DNA from: a virus
Taxonomy: Duplodnaviria > Caudoviricetes
Virus record (IMG/VR): IMGVR_UViG_3300043105_000102
Location: 32,001-96,000 of that record
Direction: 5' to 3' (one strand)
Length of the DNA stretch: 64,000 bases
Of the stretch, positions 19,079-28,995 are shown piece by piece. The translations under genes and the position numbers were made by a program. The notes under the pieces are model-generated. The model did no database searches and was not told where the DNA came from. It saw nothing but the letters and a program-made list of their open reading frames with translations. Numbering within the stretch: the first letter of the stretch is position 1; every line of letters starts with the position of its first letter.

Positions 19079-21010
19079 ATGGAGGGAAATAAATTGGATA
19101 TAAGAGAAAAGATTGATTTCTTAAATTATCATACCAAGTTATACGATTCTGGAAAACCTGAAATTTCTGATTCTGAATGGGATAAAATCTATTTTGAAGT
19201 AGCACAATATGAAAGGGACACTGGGGATATTTATCCTGATTCCCCCACCCAAAAGATTAGCTATAATGTAGTTTCTAATTTGAAGAAAGTCCGCCATAAC
19301 CATCCAATGTTGTCACTTGATAAGACAAAAGACTGGAGTGAATTTTTGGATTACTTTGGGACAGAAGATTTGGTTGGAATGGTAAAGCTGGACGGCCTTA
19401 CTTGCTGCTTAACTTATCAGGATGGTAAATTGGTTTCTGCTGAGACAAGAGGCAATGGAGAGGTTGGAGAAGATATTTTTCATAATGCACTGGTAATTTC
19501 TTCCATTCCTAAGAGAATTGATTATAAAGATGAATTGGTTGTTGATGGAGAAGTTGTCTGCAAAGCCGCCGATTTTGAGTCTTATGCCGAGGAATATGCT
19601 ACTCAGCGTAATTTCGCCAGTGGTTCTATTCGACTTTTGGATTCAAAAGAGTGTGAAAAGCGTAACCTAACTTTTGTAGCTTGGAATGTTGTTAAAGGAA
19701 AGGGCGAAACTGTTATTTCAAGATTCTATCTTTTGAGCCAGCTTGGATTTACAGTTGTACCTTGGACTTCTGGGTTTGACTTGGACGCAAAGGAATTTCT
19801 AGTTGAACAGGCTGAAAAGGCCGGTTATCCAATAGATGGATTAGTAGGACGCTTTAACGATGTTGCTTATGGAGAAAGCCTTGGCCGCACAACTCACCAT
19901 AGTAAGGCAGCATATGCATTCAAGTTTTATGATGAAACGTATTCCACAAAATTAAAGAACATTGAATGGAGCTTGGGGCGCACAGGAATTTTAACGCCAG
20001 TGGCAGTTTTTGACCCTGTTGTAATTGATAGTGCCGTAATTGAAAAAGCTTCTTTGCATAATGTTAGTGTAATGCGTGAAGTTTTAGGAGATTGTGCTTA
20101 TTTAGGCCAACCCCTTGAAATTATAAGAGCTAATCAAGTAATCCCGCAGGTTCAAAGTGCCGTCAAAAAAACTCACGGTGAAATGATTCCAGTAGATAGA
20201 ATTGATAAGTGTCCAGTTTGCGGGAAGCCCCTTAACCTTGCAATTAGTGAGTCTGGGGTTGTAAATATGGTTTGCGACAATCCATCATGCGAAGGTAAGC
20301 TTGTTAATATTTTTGACCATTTCTGCGGCAAAAGTGGATTGGATATTAAGGGACTTTCTAAGACCAATTTGGAAAAACTAATTAACTTAGGTTGGCTGGA
20401 AAATCTATCTGATATTTTCAATTTGTCTTGCCATAAGGAAGAATGGAAAAAACAAATAGGTTTCGGCCCCAAGTCTGTAGAGAATATTCTTGCAGCCATT
20501 GAAGAAAGCCGCCGCACAGAGCTTTGGAGAGCTATTTCTGCGGCCAGTATTCCATATATTGGTGTAACAGCTTCCAAGCAATTAGCTGATTACTTTGGGA
20601 GTTATGAAGCTTTTCGTGATGCTACCAAAAGCAACTTTGATTTTAGCGCCATAGAAAATTTTGGTAGTGTAATGGGGGCCGCCCTTAAGGATTACGATTA
20701 TCAAGAATTAGACAAGATTATTTCTGATTATCTTACTTTTGGCCCAAAAGAAGAAAAGCCAAAGATTAGTAATATGGATGGTTTAACTTTCGCCATTACC
20801 GGTAAAGTTCATCTTTATAGGAACAGATCGGCTTTACAGAAAGAGATTGAGTCTCGTGGTGGAAAAGTTACTGTAGGGGTATCTTCTCATACAAATTATC
20901 TAATTAACAATGATAATACAAGCTCTACGGCAAAGAACCAAGCTGCCAAAAAGCTTAATATCCCTATTATTACAGAAAAAGAATTTGTAGAAAAATTTCT
21001 TGATATTTAA
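19079..21010 (+). CDS. ligA: NAD-dependent DNA ligase
   Basis: HPMLSLDK, KLDG, TRGNG..GED, DGLV, GRTG, Zn finger CPVC...C...C, HhH and BRCT domains. Confidence 0.95.
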   Translation: MEGNKLDIREKIDFLNYHTKLYDSGKPEISDSEWDKIYFEVAQYERDTGDIYPDSPTQKISYNVVSNLKKVRHNHPMLSLDKTKDWSEFLDYFGTEDLVGMVKLDGLTCCLTYQDGKLVSAETRGNGEVGEDIFHNALVISSIPKRIDYKDELVVDGEVVCKAADFESYAEEYATQRNFASGSIRLLDSKECEKRNLTFVAWNVVKGKGETVISRFYLLSQLGFTVVPWTSGFDLDAKEFLVEQAEKAGYPIDGLVGRFNDVAYGESLGRTTHHSKAAYAFKFYDETYSTKLKNIEWSLGRTGILTPVAVFDPVVIDSAVIEKASLHNVSVMREVLGDCAYLGQPLEIIRANQVIPQVQSAVKKTHGEMIPVDRIDKCPVCGKPLNLAISESGVVNMVCDNPSCEGKLVNIFDHFCGKSGLDIKGLSKTNLEKLINLGWLENLSDIFNLSCHKEEWKKQIGFGPKSVENILAAIEESRRTELWRAISAASIPYIGVTASKQLADYFGSYEAFRDATKSNFDFSAIENFGSVMGAALKDYDYQELDKIISDYLTFGPKEEKPKISNMDGLTFAITGKVHLYRNRSALQKEIESRGGKVTVGVSSHTNYLINNDNTSSTAKNQAAKKLNIPIITEKEFVEKFLDI

Positions 21011-21028
21011 GAAATTTTATGGTATAAT
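21000..21028 (+). promoter_or_regulatory. Sigma-A-type promoter
   Basis: TTGATA-17-TATAAT with TG. Confidence 0.7.
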
Positions 21029-21056
21029 AATCATATCAAAATTAAGGAAGGAAAAA

Positions 21057-21251
21057 ATGAGAAAGAAAGAGTTAAGAGAACTGGCCAAGAAAATCGCCGT
21101 ACAAGAGCGTATTATTCAAGAAAGTTCCGACCAAAAAGCCATCAATAGAGCTATGGAGGCAATTGTGACACTTTCTAGTAAAGTTTCTTCGTTAAGTGAT
21201 ATTACCATTGTAGATGAAATGGTACAGGATATTTTGAAAGAGAAAAATTGA
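21057..21251 (+). CDS. Small hypothetical protein
   Basis: AAGGA RBS before ATG 21057 within ORF 21000-21251. Confidence 0.6.
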   Translation: MRKKELRELAKKIAVQERIIQESSDQKAINRAMEAIVTLSSKVSSLSDITIVDEMVQDILKEKN

Positions 21252-21276
21252 TTTTACAATTTTTTTATGATATAAT
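21248..21276 (+). promoter_or_regulatory. Sigma-A-type promoter
   Basis: TTGATT-17-TATAAT with TG. Confidence 0.75.
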
Positions 21277-21335
21277 ATCTGCATAAGCTAAGAAAGCTAA
21301 AAATAATTTTTAATATTTAAAAGGAGATTTTTAAT

Positions 21336-21608
21336 ATGGCTAAGAGAATGTCTGAGAATTGTAAGTTGGTTCTGGATTATCTGAAGGAGATTCATGGTTC
21401 CAAGGTGACTTCTGCTGATGTGGCTTCCGTACTGGGTCTGGCTACTCGTAGTGTTGACGCACTGTTTACTTCCCTTCAAAACAAGGGTCTGGGCGTCCGT
21501 ACTCCCACAGAGATTGAGACTGAGGATGGCGGCCGTAAGACCGTTAAGTTCCTGTCCCTGACTCCCGAGGGACTTGCATATACTGAGCCTGAAGATGACG
21601 CAGAGTAA
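21336..21608 (+). CDS. Small winged-helix DNA-binding protein
   Basis: VTSADVASVLGL...SL..KGL...LTPEG; own promoter and terminator. Confidence 0.65.
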   Translation: MAKRMSENCKLVLDYLKEIHGSKVTSADVASVLGLATRSVDALFTSLQNKGLGVRTPTEIETEDGGRKTVKFLSLTPEGLAYTEPEDDAE

Positions 21609-21621
21609 TTAATTCCTAAAA

Positions 21622-21654
21622 AAGAAGAGGTAGTTCCCTACCTCTTCTTTTTTT
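21622..21654 (+). terminator. Intrinsic terminator
   Basis: AAGAAGAGGTAG/CTACCTCTTCTT plus T-run. Confidence 0.75.
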
Positions 21655-21672
21655 AAAGAGGAGCGATAAAAA

Positions 21673-22446
21673 TTGAAAGTTGAAAATAGTCAAGTGTATA
21701 ATTTTGAGAATGCCCTCAGAGGGATGCGCAACCCTAAGAATAGTTGGAAATTGAGTGATAGTGAATATGGAATGTGTGACATTGACGACATTTCTATTCC
21801 TACTTTAAATACTTATCAAAAGTACCATGGTGAGGGCGCCACTTTAACGCCAGAAGAATACACAGAATTGGCAAACAAGATTATGATTAGACGTAATGGT
21901 AATATTTGTGAGTACGCGGCCATCGGCCCCAAGGATATGAAGTTGGCACAAACTCTTATCAAGGCCGGCCCAGAGCATCGTAAATTTTTGCGGCAAATTT
22001 TCGTAACTGCGGATATTACTACAAGCCTTTTTCACTGGAAAGAGTTGGATACCTATAAAGTAAGCACTGTCGCCAATTCTACTTCTACTATGCATAAACT
22101 TACAAGCAATCCTATTACGATTGATTGTTTTGAAACTGACGATTGCGAAGATATTGAAGTTTATGATGGTGCTACAACAGGTGAGTTTTTTACACAAGTA
22201 ATTGACCATTGTGAGCAGTTGCGCCAAAAGTTTCTAGAAACTGGTGATAAGCGCTATTGGAAAGAGCTAATACGCTTACTGCCCGAATCTTGGCTCCAAA
22301 CTCGTACTTGGACAGCTAATTATGAAACATTGCAAGCTATTTATCACCAGAGAAAATGCCATCGTTTGACAGAGTGGCATACTTTCTGCTCTTGGATTGA
22401 GACTTTACCTTACGCAAAAGAACTTATTTGTGATGTTGACTTTTAA
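21673..22446 (+). CDS. ThyX-like (flavin-dependent thymidylate synthase fold) protein, divergent
   Basis: H.KFLR, ELD, S.STMH, LLP, N...L...R..H...EW spacing resembles ThyX, but the RHR motif is absent. Confidence 0.55.
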   Translation: MKVENSQVYNFENALRGMRNPKNSWKLSDSEYGMCDIDDISIPTLNTYQKYHGEGATLTPEEYTELANKIMIRRNGNICEYAAIGPKDMKLAQTLIKAGPEHRKFLRQIFVTADITTSLFHWKELDTYKVSTVANSTSTMHKLTSNPITIDCFETDDCEDIEVYDGATTGEFFTQVIDHCEQLRQKFLETGDKRYWKELIRLLPESWLQTRTWTANYETLQAIYHQRKCHRLTEWHTFCSWIETLPYAKELICDVDF

Positions 22447-22464
22447 AGTAAAAAATGATATAAT
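22436..22464 (+). promoter_or_regulatory. Sigma-A-type promoter
   Basis: TTGACT-17-TATAAT with TG. Confidence 0.75.
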
Positions 22465-22492
22465 ATATGTATAAAATAAAGAAAGCGAGTTA

Positions 22493-22852
22493 TTGGGAAT
22501 GAGTAAGAAAGAAGAGTTCATTAGTTATATTGAAAACCTGATGAAGCTTCAACCAGAGGTTCCTATGCCGGAAGGTGCCAAAATTTATTGGGAAGCTTTT
22601 CGGTGTGAGGAAGAGACTGAAAAGCCACTTTTTACTTGTAATGGAAAACTTATCCTAGAATTTTTGAAGGAACACGTTGAGGATATGCCATCCCTCAAGG
22701 CAAAAGACATTGGAGAGCATCTTCTTATTTCTTCAAGAGCAGTAACAGGAGCCATTAGAAAATTGGTTACTGATGGTTACGTTGAAAAAGTTGGTAAAGA
22801 CCCTGTATTTTATTCGTTGACTGAAAAAGGTAAAAATTTGAATTTGGACTAA
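22493..22852 (+). CDS. Winged-helix DNA-binding protein (MarR/CodY-CTD-like)
   Basis: AKDIGE.L.ISSR.V.GAIRKLV.DGYVEK...YSLTEKG. Confidence 0.7.
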   Translation: MGMSKKEEFISYIENLMKLQPEVPMPEGAKIYWEAFRCEEETEKPLFTCNGKLILEFLKEHVEDMPSLKAKDIGEHLLISSRAVTGAIRKLVTDGYVEKVGKDPVFYSLTEKGKNLNLD

Positions 22853-22867
22853 AGGAGAAAATATATA

Positions 22868-23797
22868 ATGAAAAAGATGATTAACCGTACCCATATTTCC
22901 GGCTTGCTGCACGATCACTCTTTGCAGAAGCGTGTAACTGGTAAGGATTCCAAGAATCCCAATACTGAGTATATTACCGGTGACATTAATATTGCGACCG
23001 ATAATGCCCACGAGAATGTTGTTCCTGTTCATTTTTCTTATGTTACAGCTAAGACCGCTAAGGGACAAGAGAACCGCAACTTTAAGATTCTGAACGATAT
23101 TTTTGAGGGTAAAATTAGAACGATTGTCGATAGTGGCTTTGATGGGGCCGCCAAGATTTCGGTGGACTCTGCTATTGGACTGAATGAGTTTTATTCTGAC
23201 CGGAATGGTACTGATGAATTGGTGAGCGCTCGCCGCAATGAAGGTGGGTTTATTACTTTGGTTAATGCCTTGGAGCCTAATGAAAAGACTCGTGCCACCT
23301 TTGAGACTGATATGATTATTACTGGTGTAACTGTTCTGGATGCCGATGAAGAGCGTGAGTTGCCCGAACGTGCCAACGTGAAGGGCGCCATCTTTAATTT
23401 CCGTAATGACGTTCTACCTGTAAGCTTCACAGCTCTGAATCCCCAAGCTATTAACTACTTTGAAGGACTGGAAGCTTCTTCTTCTTCCCCAATTTTTACT
23501 AAGGTAAAGGGTGAGCAGGTTTCTCAGACCATTAGGCGCAACATTAAGGAAGATTCTGCTTTTGGCGAAGCTTCTGTTAGAACTGTAATTTCTTCTCGTA
23601 AGGATTACGTTATTACTTGGGCGGCGCAGGATGTTTATGATTGGGATGACGAGTCTACAATCTTGGCTTCTGAGTTGGTTAAGGCTCTTTCCGATAGAGA
23701 GCTTCATCTGGCCGAATTGAAGCAGCGTAGTGAGGAGAGCAAGATGCGTAGCGTCAAGTCTGCTCCCGCGACCAAAGAGGGCGTATTTAATTTCTAA
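22868..23797 (+). CDS. Putative single-stranded DNA-binding protein
   Basis: Beta-rich, C-terminal aromatic tail, directly upstream of a Sak4-like ATPase; function inferred from context. Confidence 0.5.
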   Translation: MKKMINRTHISGLLHDHSLQKRVTGKDSKNPNTEYITGDINIATDNAHENVVPVHFSYVTAKTAKGQENRNFKILNDIFEGKIRTIVDSGFDGAAKISVDSAIGLNEFYSDRNGTDELVSARRNEGGFITLVNALEPNEKTRATFETDMIITGVTVLDADEERELPERANVKGAIFNFRNDVLPVSFTALNPQAINYFEGLEASSSSPIFTKVKGEQVSQTIRRNIKEDSAFGEASVRTVISSRKDYVITWAAQDVYDWDDESTILASELVKALSDRELHLAELKQRSEESKMRSVKSAPATKEGVFNF

Positions 23798-23849
23798 TTG
23801 TTTAGGGAGAAGGGTTTAATCCCTTCTCCCAGAAGAAAGGGGAACAGAA

Positions 23850-24839
23850 ATGGCTATTAACTTATTGAAAATTGAGCCGCATCGTGTAAGTCGGCAACTT
23901 AGTGGATATATTACTTTTATTTATGGCCCCGCCAAAGTAGGTAAGACAACTTTTGGTACCCATATGCCCGGACATTTGATCTTGGCTGCTGAGAAGGGTT
24001 ATTCAGCATTGCCCGGAGCCATGGTTCAGGATATTAGTTCTTGGGGAGAACTTAAACAAGTTGTTAGAGAGCTGAAGAAACCCGAAGTCAAAGAGGTATA
24101 CAAGTCTTTGATTATTGATACAGTAGATATTGTTAGTGAGCTTTGCCAGAAGTACATTTGTAGTCAGCTTGGAATCGAAAATATTGGAGATGGCGGCTGG
24201 GCTACCAACGGTTGGGCAAAGTATAAGCGTGAGTTCGAGGAAACTTTCAGAGTCCTTGCGCAACTTGGGTATTCTATCGTATTTATCTCCCATGATAAGG
24301 AGAAGAGCATTCAGCCCCAGAACGGCACCCAGTATCAGCAAATTGGAGCTTCTGTTCAGAGTTCAGCTCTTTCTATTGTTGAGAACATGAGCGATATTAT
24401 TGGTTATGCCCATCCAAAGGTTATGCCCGATGGCTCCTCAAAGGTCGTACTGACGTTGCGTTCTCCTGATAATAGCGTTCGTTGTGGTTGCCGATTCAAG
24501 TACATTAGACCGGAAATTGATTTTAGCTATGAGGCTTTGACCGAAGCTCTGACTGAGGCAATCGATAAAGAAGCTAATGAAAATCATGGTCAATATATTA
24601 CGAACGAACAGCAGGCTACCGTTGCTGTTAAGGAATATGACTATGAGGGGCTTATGAATGAGTTCCAAGAGTTGGTTGGCCAACTGATGAATAAGGATAA
24701 GAATTATTATGGGCCGCGCATTACTCAGATTATTGAAAAGTATTTGGGTAAGGGCAAGAAGATTGCAGAAGCCACCATTGAACAGGCTGAACTTATCTAT
24801 CTGGTTGTAACAGAAATTAAAGAAGATTTGATGGCATAA
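23850..24839 (+). CDS. Sak4-like AAA_24 ATPase (recombination/annealing)
   Basis: YGPAKVGKTT, EKG, IIDT, FISH, D.IGY. Confidence 0.8.
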   Translation: MAINLLKIEPHRVSRQLSGYITFIYGPAKVGKTTFGTHMPGHLILAAEKGYSALPGAMVQDISSWGELKQVVRELKKPEVKEVYKSLIIDTVDIVSELCQKYICSQLGIENIGDGGWATNGWAKYKREFEETFRVLAQLGYSIVFISHDKEKSIQPQNGTQYQQIGASVQSSALSIVENMSDIIGYAHPKVMPDGSSKVVLTLRSPDNSVRCGCRFKYIRPEIDFSYEALTEALTEAIDKEANENHGQYITNEQQATVAVKEYDYEGLMNEFQELVGQLMNKDKNYYGPRITQIIEKYLGKGKKIAEATIEQAELIYLVVTEIKEDLMA

Positions 24840-24883
24840 GACTTAAAAATCGACCTAGACCTCTCTAGGTCGATTTCCTATAA

Positions 24884-24912
24884 TTGATTGATTATAAAAA
24901 TTATGTTATAAT
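24884..24912 (+). promoter_or_regulatory. Sigma-A-type promoter after a terminator hairpin (24848-24876)
   Basis: TTGATT-17-TATAAT with TG. Confidence 0.7.
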
Positions 24913-24936
24913 AATTATAGGAAAAGAGGTGTCTTA

Positions 24937-25587
24937 GTGGCCCACTCAGTTATTTGCTGCTATTGCGGCAGAGGTTTTGACAGAGACAAGGAGAAGTACG
25001 TCAAAGCTACTTCAAGAAGATATAGTCATGCAAAGTGTGCTATAGAGAATGCCGAAAAAAATAATTTACCTATTCCAGAAGTAATTACTCCTGTTGAATA
25101 TGTAAATTGTGTTTTTTGCAAAAAGAAATTAGACAAAAATGGTGTTGGCTGCATACAACTTAGCCCTAATAGATATGCTCATTTAGAGTGCGCCAGTAAG
25201 CCAAAAACCGAAAAAGAATCTTTAGAAGAATATATTATGGAATTATTCGAATGTGAGTATATACCCCCTAGAATCCAGAAGCAGATAACGCAGTATATAG
25301 AGCAATATCATTTTACCTATTCGGGCATCCATAAGGCTCTAACTTATTTTTTTGAAGTTAAGAAAAATCCAGTAGAAAAAGAGTCTCCAACTTTAGGCAT
25401 TGTGCCATATTGCTATAAAGAAGCGTTTACTTACTACTATTCAATCTGGGAAGCCAAACAGAAGAATAAAGGAAAATCTTTTGAAGATTATGTGCCAAAA
25501 GAAATTGTGATAAATATTTCACCACCGGAGAGAAAAAATAGAAAACAAAAAGTATTCTCTTTTTTGGATGAAGAGGAGGATGGTTAA
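24937..25587 (+). CDS. Zn-binding protein upstream of the helicase (possible loader/initiator)
   Basis: Two CxxC...HxxC units; TAATG-coupled to the helicase gene. Confidence 0.55.
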   Translation: MAHSVICCYCGRGFDRDKEKYVKATSRRYSHAKCAIENAEKNNLPIPEVITPVEYVNCVFCKKKLDKNGVGCIQLSPNRYAHLECASKPKTEKESLEEYIMELFECEYIPPRIQKQITQYIEQYHFTYSGIHKALTYFFEVKKNPVEKESPTLGIVPYCYKEAFTYYYSIWEAKQKNKGKSFEDYVPKEIVINISPPERKNRKQKVFSFLDEEEDG

Positions 25588-28500
25588 TGCCGTCAAAGTA
25601 TATAGATAATACAGCTATTATTCAAGTAATTGGCTGTACCTTTAGAAACCCAGAACTAACAGAAAAGTATATAATTACCGATGAAGATTTCCCTAATGAG
25701 TTTTATAGAATTGTCTTTGGGGCCATTTATAAAGTCTATAGTCTTGGAGCTGAGAAGATAAGTCTTGAAAATATTTCTGATTTTCTTTCTTCCCGACCCA
25801 AGAGTGAAGCAATCTATAAGAAAGAAAAAGGGGAAGAATGGCTAATGAGAGCCGTTGAAGCTTGCAATCCTCTTTCTTTTGACTATTATTATAAACGATT
25901 AAAGAAAATGAGTTTGTTACGTGCGTTTGATAATTGCGGCGTTGATGTTACAGATATTTACGATCCTGATAATATCTTAGACGCCAAGAAGAAACAATTG
26001 CAAGAAGAAACATTAGATAATTCAACTCTGGAAGAAATAGCCGATAGAGTTAATACTAAGATAGATGATATTCGTATGCAATATGTAGATAATTCCACTA
26101 CCGAAGCCGCCCAAGCAGGAGAAGGAATTTTCGAAATAATTGATAGATTTAAGCAACAACCAGAAGTAGGAGTGCCTTTGTACGGCGGTCTAGTTAATAC
26201 TATTACAAGGGGCGCAAGGCTAAAGAAGTTCTATTTGCGCTCGGCCGCCACGGGAACAGGCAAAGCTATTCCTAACTCAGTTACTATTCCTACTCCTGCG
26301 GGAAACAAGAAAGTAGGAGATATTAAAGTAGGAGATTACCTTTTCGGCCAAGATGGTAAGCCTACTAAAGTCATTGCGGTACATCCGCAACCAGAGCCAA
26401 AAGAAATATGGCGAATTACCTTTAGTGATAATAAAGTCGCTGAATGTTGTAGTGAACACCTTTGGGAAATATACGATAGTAAGACCGAAGGGCCGCAAGT
26501 AAAAACCGTAGATGAAATTTATACAACCATGTGTGACTATATGCACAGGCCTCGCTCTGGCGGAATGTATCAAGTTAAAGTTAGAATTAACAGGCCTGCG
26601 GAATATCCAGCTAAAAAATATAAGTTACCGCCCTATGCAATGGGGGCTTTAGTCAGTCGTATCCAATATAAGTTTAAGAATCAGACAAGACGCTTATATT
26701 TCTGTGCTGAAAATCCAGAAGTAGTTCAAGCTGTTTGTGATTCTCTTGGAGATTATATTTATTCCCCTGCCAAAGATTATCCTGATACTTATATTTTCCG
26801 CAAGAAAACTTACATGGGGCATATAATTGAGTTGGAAGATATTTTTAATAACTATCCAGAACTGCTTCAACTTAATGCCAATAATAGAGTATTGCCGAGT
26901 GAATATTTGTATGGGTCAATCCCGCAGAGAGAAGAATTATTGGCTGGACTCATGGATGCAAGTGGCGAAATTGATAAATTTGGTCGATGCGTTTTTAATA
27001 CTTCAAGTTCTTATTTGAAAGACAATGTAATAGAACTGTGCCGCAGTTTGGGTTATTTGACCTCTTGCGAAGTTGAAACCCATTATGATGGATTTAACAA
27101 ATATTCAGTTATTATTCCAAACGCTCCTTCTGAAATTTTTTCAATTAAAAGTAAGCGTAAAGGATATAAGGAACAAAACGTAGAAGAATTTTCAGTTATC
27201 CGTAGTATTGAAGCTACTGGCAAAATGGCCGAAATGACTTGTTTTACTGTAGATAACGAATCTCATTTGTTCTTAATGAACGATTATATTGTTACTCACA
27301 ATACTCGTTCTATGGTCGGAGACGCTTGTTATATTGGCTGTAATAAGATTTATGATGAAACTTTTGGATGGATTAAGACAGGGGCGGCCCAACCTACTCT
27401 TTTTATTACGACCGAACAGGAATTGGAAGAAATTCAAACAATGATGTTAGCTTTTCTTTCGAATGTTAATGAGACTCATATTTTGAATGGTCAGTATGAA
27501 GAAGGGGAAGAAGAGCGTGTGCTTGAGGCCGCAAGGGTACTAAAGTCTAGTCCTCTATATATAGAAGATCTACCAGATTTTTCATTACAAGACGTTGAAA
27601 ACACAATTAAGAAAAATATAAGAGAACATGATGTAAAATATGTGTTCGACTCTATTGAAAGAGTGTCGGGACAATGAAACACTTTTCCACTAATCAGTGG
27701 GGTTATACAATAATTTGTATAGCTAACGGGGAATCCTAAACCTTTTTGGCATGGAAATCCCGTGGCAAACCTTTATTCTTTATGTTTTCCTTTAAGAAAA
27801 AGATAATTAAAACTTACAGAATTATAAAGAATAATTGAAGCTGTATCGACTATTTCCTAGGCCTTATGGGCAGGAAAGTACCAGTACTATTGATACGTAC
27901 TCTGATTTTAGGAAACGAAGTCAGTTAAATGGGGAAAAGGTGTCCTTATTATTTTATAGTAAGTAAAAGATAGTCAGCGCTTATGGAAACATAAGAAAAT
28001 CGTGCCACGATTATATTCACACAAGTCTAAAGATTCTTGAAGAAATCACTAGACGCAGCGGTGGAATTAAATTACGAGAAGATAATGTTCTATTTATGTT
28101 ATCTACTAAATTGAAAGATATTTGTAATCAATATGGCGTTTTTATTTTGTCAGCAACTCAGTTAAATTCTGGGTATGTAGATTCTGAAACACCAGACCAA
28201 AATTTGTTAAGAGGTATGTAACAGTGCCTTAATATATCTTATCCAGCTCATCACTGGGGTTCTACTTCCTTTTGGAGTAGAGCTAACGGGGGAACCTAAG
28301 TTAAAGCAATAATATGGTAATCCCGTCTCAGCTTAATAAATAAGTGGGGCTATCGACTATCCCTTATGTTGAAATGCAGGGGAGTAGGGCTACTATTGAT
28401 ACGTAGCTAGATTTTAGGAAACGAAGTCTATGAAAACCGAAAGAGATATAACTATTAGTATAGTTAAAATATAGTCAGTACCAATAGAAATATTGGAGTT

Positions 28501-28792
28501 TACGGCAAAATCTATAGCAGATAAAATTGACGTAGGCAGTATTATTCTACAAGTTGATTCAAAGGATTTAGAAGCCCTTGAGCCTATCCTATCTAGTAAT
28601 ATTTTTGAACCACCAACTTTAAAGATTTCCTTTTATAAGAACCGCCGAGGTCAATATAAAGGAGTCTATTTATGGTGTAAAGCCAATTTAGGATGTTGTA
28701 GAATCCAGCCAATGTTCTGTACTACTTTTGATTACGAGATTATTAATTTGGATAGTACCAGAATTATTGTCAATGAGAAAAGCGCTTTTTAA
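25587..28792 (+). CDS. dnaB: DnaB-like replicative helicase; exons 25587-27646, 28005-28215, 28505-28792; 852-aa precursor, 506 aa after intein removal
   Basis: Walker A TGTGK|T split by the intein; spliced KYVF|HDYIH (Walker B), ATQLN, LLRG|AKSIADKID, KNRRG. Confidence 0.9.
26265..27302 (+). mobile_element. Class 3 intein (346 aa) with LAGLIDADG-type domain in the DnaB P-loop
   Basis: Starts with Ala (K|AIPNS), ends VTHN|T; WCT signature SEHLW, TCFTV, VTHN; LAGLMDASG motif. Confidence 0.9.
27647..28004 (+). mobile_element. Group I intron, ORF-less (358 nt), dnaB-I1
   Basis: U|CGAC pairs with GUCGG; core motifs present; terminal G28004; TT|C restores Phe. Confidence 0.88.
28216..28504 (+). 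mobile_element. Group I intron, ORF-less (289 nt), dnaB-I2
   Basis: AGGU pairs with GCCU; AAATATAGTC; terminal G28504. Confidence 0.9.
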
Positions 28793-28810
28793 AAAAAGGA
28801 GAATAATGTA

Positions 28811-28978
28811 ATGAAAGCAGGATATATTGAATACGAAATGCCCAAGCAAGTTGCGGAGAATTACCTGAAAGATAGAAAGGGGCCTGAAGCTCGAATGGAT
28901 CCCCAAAAATATCTTTGTAAAATTGTCAACGAACATTATGGGCTAAAGGGATATTGTATTAAGGTGCATTTGTCTTAA
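28811..28978 (+). CDS. Hypothetical 55-aa protein (missing from ORF track)
   Basis: AAGGAG RBS; reads MKAGYIEYEMP...KVHLS. Confidence 0.65.
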   Translation: MKAGYIEYEMPKQVAENYLKDRKGPEARMDPQKYLCKIVNEHYGLKGYCIKVHLS

Positions 28979-28995
28979 AACTCTAGGGGGTTGCC

